Assembly: GCA_002633005.1 (NCBI GenBank) | Contig: NMRA01000040.1 | Location: 513,362-577,361 of the forward strand | Length of the DNA stretch: 64,000 nt | Reading direction: 5' to 3' | Source of the DNA: Phoronis australis | Lineage: Eukaryota > Animalia > Phoronida | In this document: positions 41,950 through 54,785 of the stretch, one piece after another | Position numbering within the stretch: position 1 is the stretch's first letter | Layout: the number at the start of each line of letters is the position of its first letter | The notes under the pieces: generated by a model | What the model was told of the DNA's origin: nothing | Seen by the model: only the letters and a program-made list of their open reading frames with translations | Database searches by the model: none | Program-made: the position numbers and the translations under genes

Positions 41950-42077
41950 ATGGAGCTCTGACATGTAGGAGACACCTTTGTGCAATGCTCGATTGTCAGC
42001 CAGTGAAGCCAGGATTCAAACCCTGGTCTCCCAAACAGGGAGTCCAGAGCTCAAGCCACTAAACCACACGGTCTCCT
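41950..42077 (-). mobile_element. tRNA-derived SINE head (decayed)
   Basis: On the minus strand, A-box-like TGGTTTAGTGG (42056-42066) and B-box-like GGTTTGAATCC (42012-42022) lie 33 nt apart, with a T-arm-like stem ccagg/cctgg. No intact cloverleaf. The 3' extent is uncertain. Confidence 0.6.
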
Positions 42078-43625
42078 CTGAAAGTAAGAAAGTTAATGTG
42101 ACACTTTTGTGTGAAGGTAGAAGATGTTACTTAACCTCTAAGACCTCTTTCTTCTAATCCAGGTACTTTCACACCCTTGTTGGTGAGGTTCTCACTCTAT
42201 CACAGGTTGTCAGTCACTGGAACCTTCATGTGGAGTATCACTAATTTCATACAAGATATGCATGAAGGGATGGGTATCATCCATTGTAAAGGCCCCTGAC
42301 AGTGCATAATATCTGGTAATTACCTCCTCACAGTTGGAATTGCCTAATTGATTTTCACAAGTTTCTGCTTTACAGGTAAGCTGTAAGCTATCCTTTCCAA
42401 TATCCTGTTGTGATTGCAAACTGTTTAATGTTTCTGCCAGTTTTGACCAACGACTGTCTGACAGCGGAAGGCGACTACTGCTGGAGTGTGAGAAACGGTC
42501 TTATTTTTCATGTTTTATTTTCATTACAGTTCTCAGTTTTTGTGTTCCAATTATATTTTTTATTTCAACAGCATTGAACCGGTGTGAAAGTGGTTATCGT
42601 AATTTAGCAAAATATTACTCATTTCTTGAGACATTCATTTTCGTATTTATCTCTTCATGCATATCAATATGTCTGGGGATACAGGTTGAAAATGAAATAT
42701 GTCGTCCGTTATTGATAGTTTTAAGAAAAGTGATAAAACCAACTAAAAAACTGCTAAAAACCGTATCAAAACTGAGAGTTGGTTTACTTGATCTCCAGCT
42801 GAAAATCTAATCATTGTTTTCCTCGTTTTCTACTAACAATACGCTTATAATCCGTTTACCCTAAGTGGCTGTTATCCTGATTAGCCTACACCCCCTTGCT
42901 GAGCCACTGGTGTGGTCAGCCTGCTTCAGTGGACATAGCACGTGTGGTCAAAATGATGGTTATGGGCCATTCTCTGTTGGTCACAACCTATCATAAAATT
43001 AACAGGGGATGCCTATGGGGATGGGGTGCTAAAATGATTTCACATGCTGGGCAGTCGTTTGTACTGATTTCCTGACTTTTTGAACGTGGCCACCAAGATA
43101 GTGCTTCGTTTTGTTGTTTTGCTGTTAGGCCCTATCTTTACAATTAATGTCCACGCAGCACTTATTTGTTCAAGTTGAAGACGCAAACCTCAAAACTGAA
43201 ACAAATCAAATTTGCATCTGTGAATGTTTACCTTTGATGCAATCAACTCTCAGCTTGGTCCATGTTATTTATGTGTAAGTAACAGTGTTTACTCGTCGTT
43301 TTTAACAATCCAAACAAGTAATAAATGGTTCTACCACAAAACATGAGATGGTGCTACATCTGGTCAATGCACATTCAACTAGAATTCACTCAGATATCGC
43401 AGATAGCAAAACTATACAACTCTAATATTATAGTAACAATCTGAGGACTGGACTGAAGGGTAATTCGTGGTGATAGCGGATTACAAGCAGAATTCACCAA
43501 CCATGCAGCTGGGATGACAGGTTGTGATGGTTCATTACCACAGGGCAGACAATCTTCCACCCTCACTGTTCTCACTTGTTCTCATTTAATGCAGTCCTTT
43601 TCTCATTTATTAACACATTTCTTAT

Positions 43626-44089
43626 GAGCTGTAGTTCTTTCCTCATCAACCGCAATTCTGTTCTTACTAACTGAGCTCGTTTGTCATTAATCTCTTTAAA
43701 CAGACCGTTGTAGCATTCTTTGTCCATAGACAGCATTTCTTTTCTGTTCTACCTGGATAACAGTAGTCATGCTTACAATGAAAATCTCATTCTTTGATTT
43801 AATGAAATACAATACATATTACCATATGTAGGGGTCTCTGTGATAATATGCAATAACCTTCATACAAGGGTGACATACAGAAGACCTACTTTTCCGTAGC
43901 TCTCATCTGAAATAACAACGATTATCCGCCTCGCTTGGGGTATTTAGAACAAGACGGTGTAGTATATATATTAATTATAGGTGTTCAGAAGAATGGCACT
44001 GCATTCGTGAAAAATAAAATGCGGTTAACGAGAAAAGAATTGAGATAGTAATAACTGAATTGTGTCTGATGACAAAAGAACTATAGCTC
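43626..44089. repeat. Diverged inverted duplication (arms 43626-43691 and 44024-44089)
   Basis: The reverse complement of the left arm aligns without gaps to the right arm at 50/66 nt (hand count). Confidence 0.75.
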
Positions 44090-44605
44090 GAATGAAAAGA
44101 ATCGTGTAAATGAGAAAGGGACACTGTTGAAGAGAAAATCCGAGTGTTCTGTATGGTAGAGAGATGAACTTGACCTGAACAAAAATAACTATGAAAAAAA
44201 TTCCACTTCATTTTTGCCTTGGTTTGTAGGCCTACTGCCAGCTCAGTAGTTGCAATAAACTCACCGTCAAATTATGAAAGTAACATACCAAGCCTTCGAA
44301 AAATTAAAACATCCGTTGTCGATTATTGCTGTAAAATGACCGTAAACTTAAGCGCATATGGGGAATTTGTGACGATAAGCCTCAAAAGTTGGTTTTCGTT
44401 GCTTGTATCCAAAATACAAACCTGGGCGTGGTTTCAGAAACGGTCCTATAAAGAGAAATTGTGACGACGACATTGACATGGAACGAAGACCAGGACATGG
44501 AGTTTATGTTACCAATGGTAACACTAAGTTTAGTTTGTTGATAACTGACGATAGAAATAATGACTTCTTTTTCATAAAGCTTTGCTTTTGTTTGACACTC
44601 GCTGA

Positions 44606-44972
44606 CATTGTTCATTTTGTGAGAAATTCTTCAAACTGATCATTGACACTGTTCATTTTGTGAAAAATCCTTCAAACCGATCACCAACACTGTTCATTTT
44701 GTGAAAAATCATTGAAACCGATCACCGACACTGTTCATTTTGTGAAAAATCATTCAAACTGATCATCGACACTGTTCATTTTGTGAAAAATCTTTAAAAC
44801 TGATCACTGATGCTGTTCATTTTGTGATAAATCCTTCGTACCGATCACTGGCACTGTTCATTTTGTGAAAAATCCTTCAACTGAAACCGATCACTGATGC
44901 TGTTCATTTTGTGAGAAATCCTTCAAACCGATCATTGGCACTGTTTATTTTGTGAAAAATCCTTCAGACTGA
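44606..44972. repeat. 41-bp minisatellite, 9 copies
   Basis: Unit cactgttcattttgtgaaaaatccttcaaaccgatcaccga. One copy has a 5-nt insertion. Confidence 0.95.
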
Positions 44973-47564
44973 AGAATTTTATAATTGTAGATCTAATTAG
45001 TAAACTCATAGACTTATATTTGGACATAATCCAGAATATTTCCCCATTGAAAAATCGTGGTAATACCTGTTCGTTGCAAATGATTGACAGATTCCAGTCT
45101 TCTTGGGCTGAATTCTCTGTGGGATTGAGTTGTTATTCACTCACTGATGTTTGTGTGTATTCATTGACAGTCAATTTTTCACCATGTGAATTATGTCATA
45201 AACATGGTGTTTACTGGGATTCCCCCAGTCTGCTGGGTGATGTAATAACACTTCTTCAATTTCAGACTGAGAAGCAATCATATCTAATCTATAAGGATTT
45301 GTGACTCAGTACACACTGGCTGGAATTCTAGAAATGTGTCCTCTATGGAAACTTTCCTTGACTAATGTGGAAGTTGTCTAAGAATAGTTACCTTAAGTAA
45401 TGACTTAGATGTACAAAATTCAAGAGGTATTAAACTGAGGAAAGTTTACAGTAATAAAAATGTCTACTTAACACTTGCACTGGTTGTAATGATGCTATGC
45501 AGATTATTCATCATCTTGGAATTACACAGCATCAGTGTGAAATTAACTGACTGTGACTAATTGTCTTAATTAGTACGTTTGCGATCTTATTTCAATGTTG
45601 TGTGAAAGCAAACATTGGCCCAGTGGGAAATAATTGATTAGATTAATAGAGTGTTAGTTATCGCCTCAGAAACCAGGCCAGGAATCGTGGGCGAGTCTGG
45701 GAAGAAAATATTTGTCTACCTCTTCAGTTAGGCGAATGAGACTGAGATGAAGTACTTCTGGATGTCGCTTGTCTTTTGCTAATCTAGGAATTGGCAATGC
45801 GATTATTCTGGAAGTATGCAAAGTTTGAATTTTTTGGATTTGATATTCGAGCAAAATGCTGGAAAGGATGTTTTAGTAGTGCCATCTTTTGGGAGACATT
45901 TGAATTACTTGATAACAGAATTAATTGTAGGTCTGTTAATGTATTGTGATCAAGCGAAAAAATCAAATGCTTCATAATGTTTGGTTTGAAAACTTTGGCA
46001 TGATTCTAATACAAACTTGTTGGAATCTTTTAAGTGAATAACCTGTGAACTTCAAACTCATCAAACTTATCTTTTTGTAACTTTAACGCACATCAACTTG
46101 ATTTAAAATTCCGCCAATTTCTCATTGGAAAAGTGTGCTATTCTAAAATGATGGTATCATTTATTTCATTTAACATATCTTTCATAAAAAAAATGTGAAA
46201 AACTAAAATTTGCCTTTTGCATTTGCGAGATTTTACCCTAATGTCCGGCATCTGAAAGACATGGATGCCTGTGGAGATAGTGATGTCCATTCTAGCCTAG
46301 GTAAATTTTGTCACAATTAATTCATCATGGTATTTAAGAGTATGTTCTCTAGTTCAGCTCATATCACTGTCTACCCACCCACACTACCATGGTTTTGATA
46401 ACAAGGGTTTCTTGTTACTTAAGTCCTGACCAGTAAAGATCAACCTTCAACTATTCGGTTTACATTCGCAAATGTCAAGGAAGAGTAGTGATATGAAAAT
46501 GTAGATATGAAAATGTAGTCGTGTGCACTATGGGTAAATGTGCTAGGGTGCTTTTGAAAAAAATAAATGCCACTTCCTTATTGCATGTGGTTTCAAGTTC
46601 TGTTCATCAGTTGTGAAGGGATGGTTGTGCAAATGTTAGTAGTAGGGTTTGTAAGATAAATTCAAATGTCTTAGTGTATCTTTGCGAAAAAAATGAAAAT
46701 TGACGGTTAGGCCAACAAATAGCCATAATTGTTTCTGGTCATTTTTGAAAATTATTTCCGTGATAGGGTATTTTTTGTTGTTCCCTTTTCCAAGTTGCCT
46801 AAAATAGGTCAGGAATCTTCTTTTTCTCTTAGTGTAATTTGATGCTAGCTGAAATGTTTTTTACAAAATCTTCCCTTAACCATGATATTCAGGGTAAAGT
46901 TAAAACAAAAGTCGGAAACGATGTTATGGAATCAATTTAATTTGCAACTTGAATTTCATAACATTAAAAACCAGTTCAAGACCATGGACTCCATGTCTAT
47001 GTTTAAGATGGAGTACGATATCTGTCATGGATGGTATTTCTTTTCAAGGTGATTTAATTTGCTGAAGAATACACAGAACATACAAGGAAAATAATGGGAA
47101 AGACTTCTTGAAGTTATTAACTTTGACCACAGCTATAAAACAAAAAAACCTGTTGTTTTTGTGGTTTTGTTACAAATCAGTAATTCTCACCATTGTATGG
47201 AAATTGCTAATTTATAAAATAGAAAATGGAAGTTTTTGTTTGGTAAAACAGATTTCTCTGTTTTTGATAATGGAAAATCAGGGGTTTCTACTAACCAACT
47301 GCACTGTCAGTTTGCCTAGTTACGGATGTGGTCTGCTCTAGGCAGAACCCTTGGGCACTGGAGGTGCAACACCAACTGGAGGAAGACAACTAAAAAATTG
47401 GTGATGACCACGGGATGGCCTTATATGGTCTACCCCAACCATCAATAACCCCAGCTACACCACTGGTCACCTAGCATCACTTGATTTAGTTGCAGCAAAC
47501 TTTGGTTCATTGATTTCCTTGTTGACAACTATTTGCTGACCTTGGCATTTTTGTCTTTTTCCAG

Positions 47565-47612
47565 GCTTGCTGTCTTATACAGAATACTTATTTCTGCTGT
47601 GTGTCCTTACAA
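47565..47612 (+). CDS. MICU3: MICU2/3-family internal coding exon, phase 1 to 1
   Basis: Acceptor gtctttttccag, donor CAA/gtaagt, 48 nt. Translates (G)LLSYTEYLFLLCVLT(K), the diagnostic MICU2/3 SYTEYLFLL motif. Confidence 0.96.
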
Positions 47613-50600
47613 GTAAGTATCGTTTTATGTGTGATCGCACCTTCAGTTTCCCAACACGCTTGCTAGTTAAAGGTAAATAGCTAACCTTCATGGATTTTTC
47701 AAAGGTGCAATGCTTTCCTATTGTATTATGTCTGCAACTAAATTTCAACTATGTGGCAAATCTTTGACAATTGTATTCAGACAATGTTTGATTTTCAATG
47801 CTTTTGGTTGTTTTGAACTTCCATTTCCTCTTCAGTATCTGGGTCGATTTTCATGAAATTTTTCACACTTACCATAGTAAATTGGCTAGCCTGGAAATTG
47901 AGTGCTGGGCGCTTAACCCAGAGATTGGGCGCTTTAATTGGAAAATTCAAGAAATTGAATGTTGGCACTTACCCAAACAGGGGTGCTTAACCTGAGCCAG
48001 ACAGTAGCCCTTGTCACCTATGACCTTCAAAGTAGAAGTCCACAGACCCGACACGTGTCTTCTTAAGTAGCTAGGTATGTGACTTGAAAAAATAACACTT
48101 TTCATAAAAATGGTAGAAACGCAATTATAAATAAATGTGTGGCAATTTTTGTGTGAATTTGAAATTTTCATTCATTTTAGATTCAGAAATTATGATTATA
48201 TCTTTATGGATTGAAAATGTGCAGTTAAAATAAGTTATTTGCGGACGACTAACAATTACCTTGAAATTTGTCGTACCATTCTGTAACATATGAGGACACA
48301 AACGACACGTGTATTTGCGTTGACGCTCACATTCGGCCGAATGCCCGGCTTTAAATTTAAACATTTGTGGCTATTGTCATGTAAAGGTGGTCACTGCTAG
48401 TTGCTCTCCAAAAAGCATAATTTACCATCGTGGCAGCTCTTGATGTCCTTATGGTCTTGGTTTAAAGTGGAAGGTATTTATAAAGAATCTGTTTCTAGAC
48501 TTATTAGCAGTTGCTATCTTTGCAAAGAGCATTAATTACACGGAATGATCCTTGGTATTTTCTGCTATGCCCTCTAGTGTCCTGGTTTTGAATTTGAACT
48601 GCCTCAGCAAGAGTCTAGGTCCCTAGATAAACTATGAACTGAGGGAAACTTATAGCCTGTGTGTGCTTGGTCGTAAAGGCATGTTTATTTCAGTTATTTC
48701 TAACATTAATCTAAACTCACCTGGGAACTCATTGTTAATGTAGGCGTTAATGACTTTGTATTGTGTCAACGCCCATCCATTGTTTTTGTTGTTACCTTGT
48801 CGTTGACCGTGGGAAAGTAGAACTCCATAGCAATTAAACATAACTTTATTGTTTCTGCTAGTTTCAGACTATGTCCACTTCTAATGTTGGGGACTGATTT
48901 TGTAATGAGACATTTGTGGTGCACTTGTTTTATTGTCAACTTATTAAAGCTACCATGTGGCGCCATCTTTGGTTTGGGTTCATGTTTCGAGGTGGAACCC
49001 TTTGTCTTGGTTCTTTAATATAGCGAGATTAATGTGCCTATTACAGGTGAGAACACTGTGAATTCATTAGAGTTCATGCATTGCTTTGATGGGAAGACTC
49101 ACTGCCGTTAACTTGATTTGCTTCAGTTTGTGGAGTTAGCATTTTCGACTTGACCTAGTTAATACTGCGTGGAACTTTAATAACTAACTGTGGTATGTTA
49201 AAGTGAAATCTTCCGATTGGAATGACTTTTTTGGGCTTGGCCAAACGTTAAATCAAACTGAAATGTTTTAAAATACTTATCCTCTTGTCTTCAGCAACTT
49301 TAATGGAATTTCACATTATAAAGCCGGGTTACTTCACCCAGCACCAGCTTAAAAATATATTTGCCTAAATGACCTTTTAGCGGTTTTTTAATTGTCCCAG
49401 TTTGCAGTCCTTATTAGAATAACACATGGATTGAAAAGAGTTAGATTTGTGGTATGTATTACTGGAGGGACACCACTGCCCCGAGGAAGATGATTTTCTT
49501 GTGTCTCACCAAGGGTCCAAATAAGCAAAGTAATTGCTGAAAACATGTAATAGTCTATTTGTCTCTTATTCTGAGTAATACACTCTACAAAACCCACAGA
49601 GTAGAAATGAAATCATTCAGTTTTTATTGTAGCCATCCCTTTGCAGCATGTAGCACACAGCAGCATGCCCATCATGTTTCCCTGACGAATTGTTCTATAC
49701 CATGTTATAGATAAAATCTTGCCAGTTTTGGACATAATATGTCCGACAAGTGAAACGTTATTTTGTCATTTTTTCGCTGAATGACACGTCGCACCACATT
49801 TATGCTTTTCCATGTCCAAGGTCTACACCATAGGAACCATCAGATAATGCTTTGAAAAAATATGACCATTCACAAGAATGTTATGAGCACTTGAAATATG
49901 AAAAAGAACATATTTTACAGTTTAATTACATGATAGCTAGTCCTGGTTTCATCACTCATACAAATTCGTTCTTGGTGCTGCCTAAGTTCCAGTGTATCAG
50001 CTTAAAACTCCATCTGGTGTTTGATTATGAAACGAGCCATAGTGCTTTTGCCCCATAAAATGACCAACCTGTCTATTACCATTCACAGAGCTGAATATTT
50101 GACAGCAACAATTTATCAGATCTTCTCATGCTCAGATATAAATCTGACATGAGAAAGGTCCTGTTTTATTTCAGTAAGTGGCTTACTTCACATGTTACTA
50201 TTTTAACGTGCAAAAATACAAATTTTGGTGCATTGGGGCTTTAAATACACTTATTGTAAAACTGTGACTCTATTCCTAAAGTACGTCCATGCTGAAAACA
50301 ATTCAAATGGTTATTTACCATTTTCACTTGGTGGACAAAATGCTTAAGCCAATTCAAAATCGTAGTTTTCATTTAAATTTCTTTAATTTGCCATTGTTCT
50401 CACCATTTCCCTAGTTTTGTAAAGTGAATCAAATTTCTGACAAAACAGCCTGTAGATAAGGAATATCTTATATTCGAAGCTGACATGGTCACAACCGTGC
50501 AGTAGCAATATTTTTGTGAAGAACTTTGTGATTCATTGTCTTTTTTCACTTAGACTGATATATTTAAAGTTGGATAGCTAAAATTTTAAATTCACTTCTT

Positions 50601-52837
50601 AATGACTTTGTCGACAAGTTTGCAAAATTCATCCAGATATCTAAAGAACGCTTGAATTTAACTCGGCAAAAGTATAAATTGTCTGTAAGTAGAAAACTTG
50701 CAGGATGTGAAATGTTGCTATACCAATTTGCCACTTAAAGTGTTTCACGTGAGTTTAGCTCACATCAAATGCATATTGATAGCAACAATAACAGTATCAA
50801 TAACATGACCAAATTTTATTGGACATGATTGTGTAAGATGAAATTGCATAAATGCTGTAGCAGTTTTCTAAATTATTTCATTTCCATTTTGTGCAGCTCT
50901 TGATTTTTTTAATAGAAATCACAAAACTCCTGTTTTTGATAGCACTTTTTGCAAAAGTGAAACATAAAAACAATCCCTGACTGGTTTGGAGGAAAGTGTA
51001 CGAAGCTTGGTATCCGAAAGCATCATTTGAATGCTATTGGCCAATATAGAGATACATTCCGAATGTCCCACTTTTTCTATGGTCCTACGTAACCGTAATC
51101 ACTCACAGCTGCAATGGTTGTCATCAATTTCTTTGAAGTTTGTTATTGTATTGCTTAGATTAAAATTGTCGTTTACATTTTAGTCAAGTCCCAGGCTCAT
51201 TGACAAGTGACCTATACTTAATCCTTCAGTTTGCCTGCTACTTCATTATACCCATTAGCACCAGTGCAAAATGCATAGAAAACATGAAAGATCTCTTAAT
51301 ACTATCTTTTCGACATATAGCAATCATATAAAAGCCCATGCAAGGTATTATAAAGTTTCCACCCACCTCGACTTCTACCCATCCGCCGTCTAGCTCTGTC
51401 CAGGTTATTTCTGTGCAGTGTATACAAAATCCTTAACCCTCATTACCAGTTTGTAAATATTTTTCCCAACAAATGTATACAACCCTCTTCAGAGGGATGC
51501 TGTCTTCCCATTGGCTGACCTACATGCAGTATCTGGGTCAAATCGTTTGGAACCCACATGTCCCACGAGCTGCAGACTATACCATTATCTCAACGTGTTG
51601 AGGCACGCGTTAATTTCCAGTTTCCAAGGCCTATCTGACATAACTGTCTCCAACAAGTAGTTAGAAATTAATTAAATTCCGTGGTTTCACCAGCCTCGTG
51701 ACCCAGCTCACCCAAAAAAGTAAGAAATGATTACCTGGTAATGGGTGAAGGTCTCTTTTACTTTGATATATGCCCTCCGACTATGTTAATTTGATCGCAT
51801 ATTTCGATGATATGGTCGCCAGTCAAATGGGTGTTAACTGGCGTATAGTACACATTTTTGTCTGAATTTTGCTCTTCGCTGTCTAGGTGTAACTCAGACT
51901 TACATAACTGTATTTATTAAAACTGTACTGTTCAGCCTTCCAAATGGATACCGTTTATTCTGACTTTAGCTATGTTAGAAAAATACATTATTCACATTCC
52001 TCATCCACTTTATTTTAGTGTAGCTAAAGAATTAGTATTTCAGGTTTACATCTTTTTCTCAGACGTCATATCCAAGATAGAAATCTTTTGTTCAGTGAGG
52101 GCATTATAGTGATTTCCACTTGATCATTTCTCAGATTTTGTTGAATTATGTACCTGTAGACCCTGTGGGGAGTGGATGAAATGTTAGTTCATTTGTCCAC
52201 AGATATTTTGTGGCATTGACTTCGTTACGTACATCCCTACACACCACAGTGGTAAACTGATGACAGGATGGTCCCACTGTTATGAAAGAAAAGTGCTGGA
52301 AAATCCTGGTGCTTTTATTCTTTCTCTTCTTTTGTAAATCGTATAATGCTCTAAAAGGGACATTCTCAGTGAGAAAAAGAATTTTATAGAAAGTAGCAAT
52401 TGTGCAGAATTGTGCCCACTAGTTCCCCAAAAGCAGACGACTGTTTTTCTGCTGAGCCAAATCCCACGCATTAAACTGCAGACTATGTTTAGCGTATTTA
52501 AATGGTAAGCACACCAGTTTTGATTTCAGCAAATGTGTAACGGAAAATGCCAAGAATTGGTGATTTGTACTAAAATCACAAAAAACAACATATTTTGTTG
52601 TTTTACAGCTCTGGTCAAAGCTAAAAACTTCAAGAAGTCTACACCATCCAACAACAACAACCCCAGAAATGTATTTTGCGTCCATAAAAACGATAACATC
52701 TCTTTAACATTTGTCTGACAAAAAATATTGCAATTTTGCAACATGATTTACTCCAATGGTTTGCCTTCGTATCAATAAAACTCCATTGCCTGATGTTGTG
52801 TGCACTACAATATTCCTGAGCTCATTTCTATTTTCAG

Positions 52838-52920
52838 AGCCTCATTCCGGATTCGGAATAGCTTTCAACATGTTCGACACTGACGGAAACAAAAAAGTGG
52901 ACAAAACAGAGTTTCTTGTG
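52838..52920 (+). CDS. MICU3: MICU2/3-family exon encoding EF-hand 1, phase 1 to 0
   Basis: Acceptor tctattttcag, donor GTG/gtacgt, 83 nt. Translates (K)PHSGFGIAFNMFDTDGNKKVDKTEFLV. The EF loop DTDGNKKVDKTE has D1, D3, N5, D9 and E12. IAFNMFDTDGN is MICU3-like. Confidence 0.97.
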
Positions 52921-54659
52921 GTACGTCTCTGGAACGATTACTTTTGAAATCTATACATTCTGTGGGATGGCTTGTCATGTGCTAGAACACTGAGCTCTTG
53001 TTCATGGCCCTACTTAAATCCTGATGGATAGGATTTTGCCAGTTGATTTCTGCCATTCCTCTTCTGCTGAAAATTGTTTTTTGCAAACAAAATTCACAAT
53101 GCCAATTTCTTTGTCTTCTTGGCTCATGCATAAAATGTTAATTTGGGTGTAAGGAATTGCAGAGTTTACTGTCTGTAGCGTCTGTTAGAGGTTGGTAGAT
53201 TTTAGAGTAACACTTGCACTTTTGGCCATTTTTACCGAGATAAATTTTAGATTCTTTTGGATCTATAAAAATCTTGGCCACACTGTCCGAAAGGCAAAAA
53301 AGTACAGACTGAAAAAGTTTGTACTGTTCATTATACAAGTTAATTAGATGATTTTCCACGTTGGCAAAGTTTTTTTTGAGCCTCAAGCACTGCAACCTTT
53401 GAAAGCAATGTTAAATCTGATTTTGTTTGAAAGAATAAATACATCTTTGATAAAAATAAAAAAAGTGGAGTGTGCCAGTTCAGTTTAGATTTTCAACTTT
53501 GTTCAATCTCAGTAGTTCACCCATCCAACATGTAAAGTGTTTGAATTACAGGATAGTATCTGTTCCACTTGGACTCAATCTCAAGTACATCTACTGTGCA
53601 TTAAATTGTAATATTTCAACCGATCTCCATCCTTGCGTTTATTTTCTCCCCCCTAGTGTAATAGAGAAGACAACAATATTACACAAAACTCAGTGTTCTA
53701 GCAAAGTTTAATCCCCACACTTTCTTTTCTCTGCTGAAATTTGCTAGAAGTTGTAATCTGTTTCTGTGTTTTATGAGTCACTCTGTCACAATCATCTTTG
53801 CTGTAGTAATTTTCTGTGACGTGTTCGGCATCGTTATTTTGTGAAGACGGCCCGAGATGTCTCCTGGTGTGTACCATGATGCCTGGATATTTGGCATCTA
53901 ATGTTTTCAAAATGACAAATTGCATTGCATTTTAGGCTAGCGTGACATCAGTACGACGAGAGACATCCCATCATTCTAAATTGTTAGTGTCTATTGCCCA
54001 CTTGCCACGAGATCTTGTTTATAATAGATTCCTGAGAATTCACCAAAGTAAAATTTCCTTGCTGTGCACATTTATACCGGTGAGACAATTCTGAAGGATT
54101 ATTTTATACTGTAAGGTATTCAAAAAGTTCAATAAAACCATGGGGATATCATGTCATTTGCTAATTTGATCACATCTCTTGTTCTTTCGTTTGTTTACTC
54201 ATGACACTGTTTGTAAAAGTCATGTCTGATACCTTGGTTAGAACACTGTTCAGCTAATGGTCAGTCTTTTACACACACTGAGGTATCCTGGAGCACCTGC
54301 CGTGACGCTGTGTACTCGCGAAACTCTTGTGGAAAGAAATTGTGGCTTGTGTGAAGGAAACAGCAAGTTTATGCACTGTTTTCTGCCACAGTTCAACATT
54401 CCAGTGTCACACTCCAATGGTTTTAAAATGCTCCAAATTTCATCATTGTTTCTTGATGACAGGTGCAGAAAATGAACTGTGCAAATAATGAAATAAATTT
54501 TCCTGTTTATTTTAGTTGAAAATTTTGACAAAATGAATTTGAACTGTTACACGCTATTGTATTTGTTCTTAATTGAAAAAATACCGTAGACTTACTGAAG
54601 GCAATCCTGGTTTTTCTGTTCTTTTCACTCGTTTGACTCTGTATCACACGACTAAACAG

Positions 54660-54785
54660 GTTCAGCTGTCTGTGACCAAGGCACTAGTAAAAAGCCTGCG
54701 CAGAAATCTGGAGGAAGTTACTGAGGACCTCTGGTGGTTTGAGGAGAAGAAGGCGACTGAAATAATCTCTAATTTTGAACGACAG
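54660..54785 (+). CDS. MICU3: Candidate alternative (cassette) exon A after EF-hand 1, phase 0 to 0
   Basis: Pyrimidine tract then actaaacag acceptor, donor CAG/gtcgat. 126 nt, open in phase 0: VQLSVTKALVKSLRRNLEEVTEDLWWFEEKKATEIISNFERQ. Purine/GAA-rich, exon-like composition. No homology check was possible. Confidence 0.55.

Noticed and set aside
42008-42077. tRNA gene on the minus strand
   Set aside because: A and B boxes are present, but acceptor and anticodon stems are not properly paired and the B box is mutated. Better read as a SINE head.
44606-44972. CRISPR-like regular array
   Set aside because: Units are contiguous 41-mers with no unique spacers, there are no cas genes, and the context is a eukaryotic intron.
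54251-54475. Open frame LMVSLLHTLRYPG… after a CAG as another alternative exon
   Set aside because: Weak pyrimidine tract and no good phase-0 donor; the available donors shift the frame.
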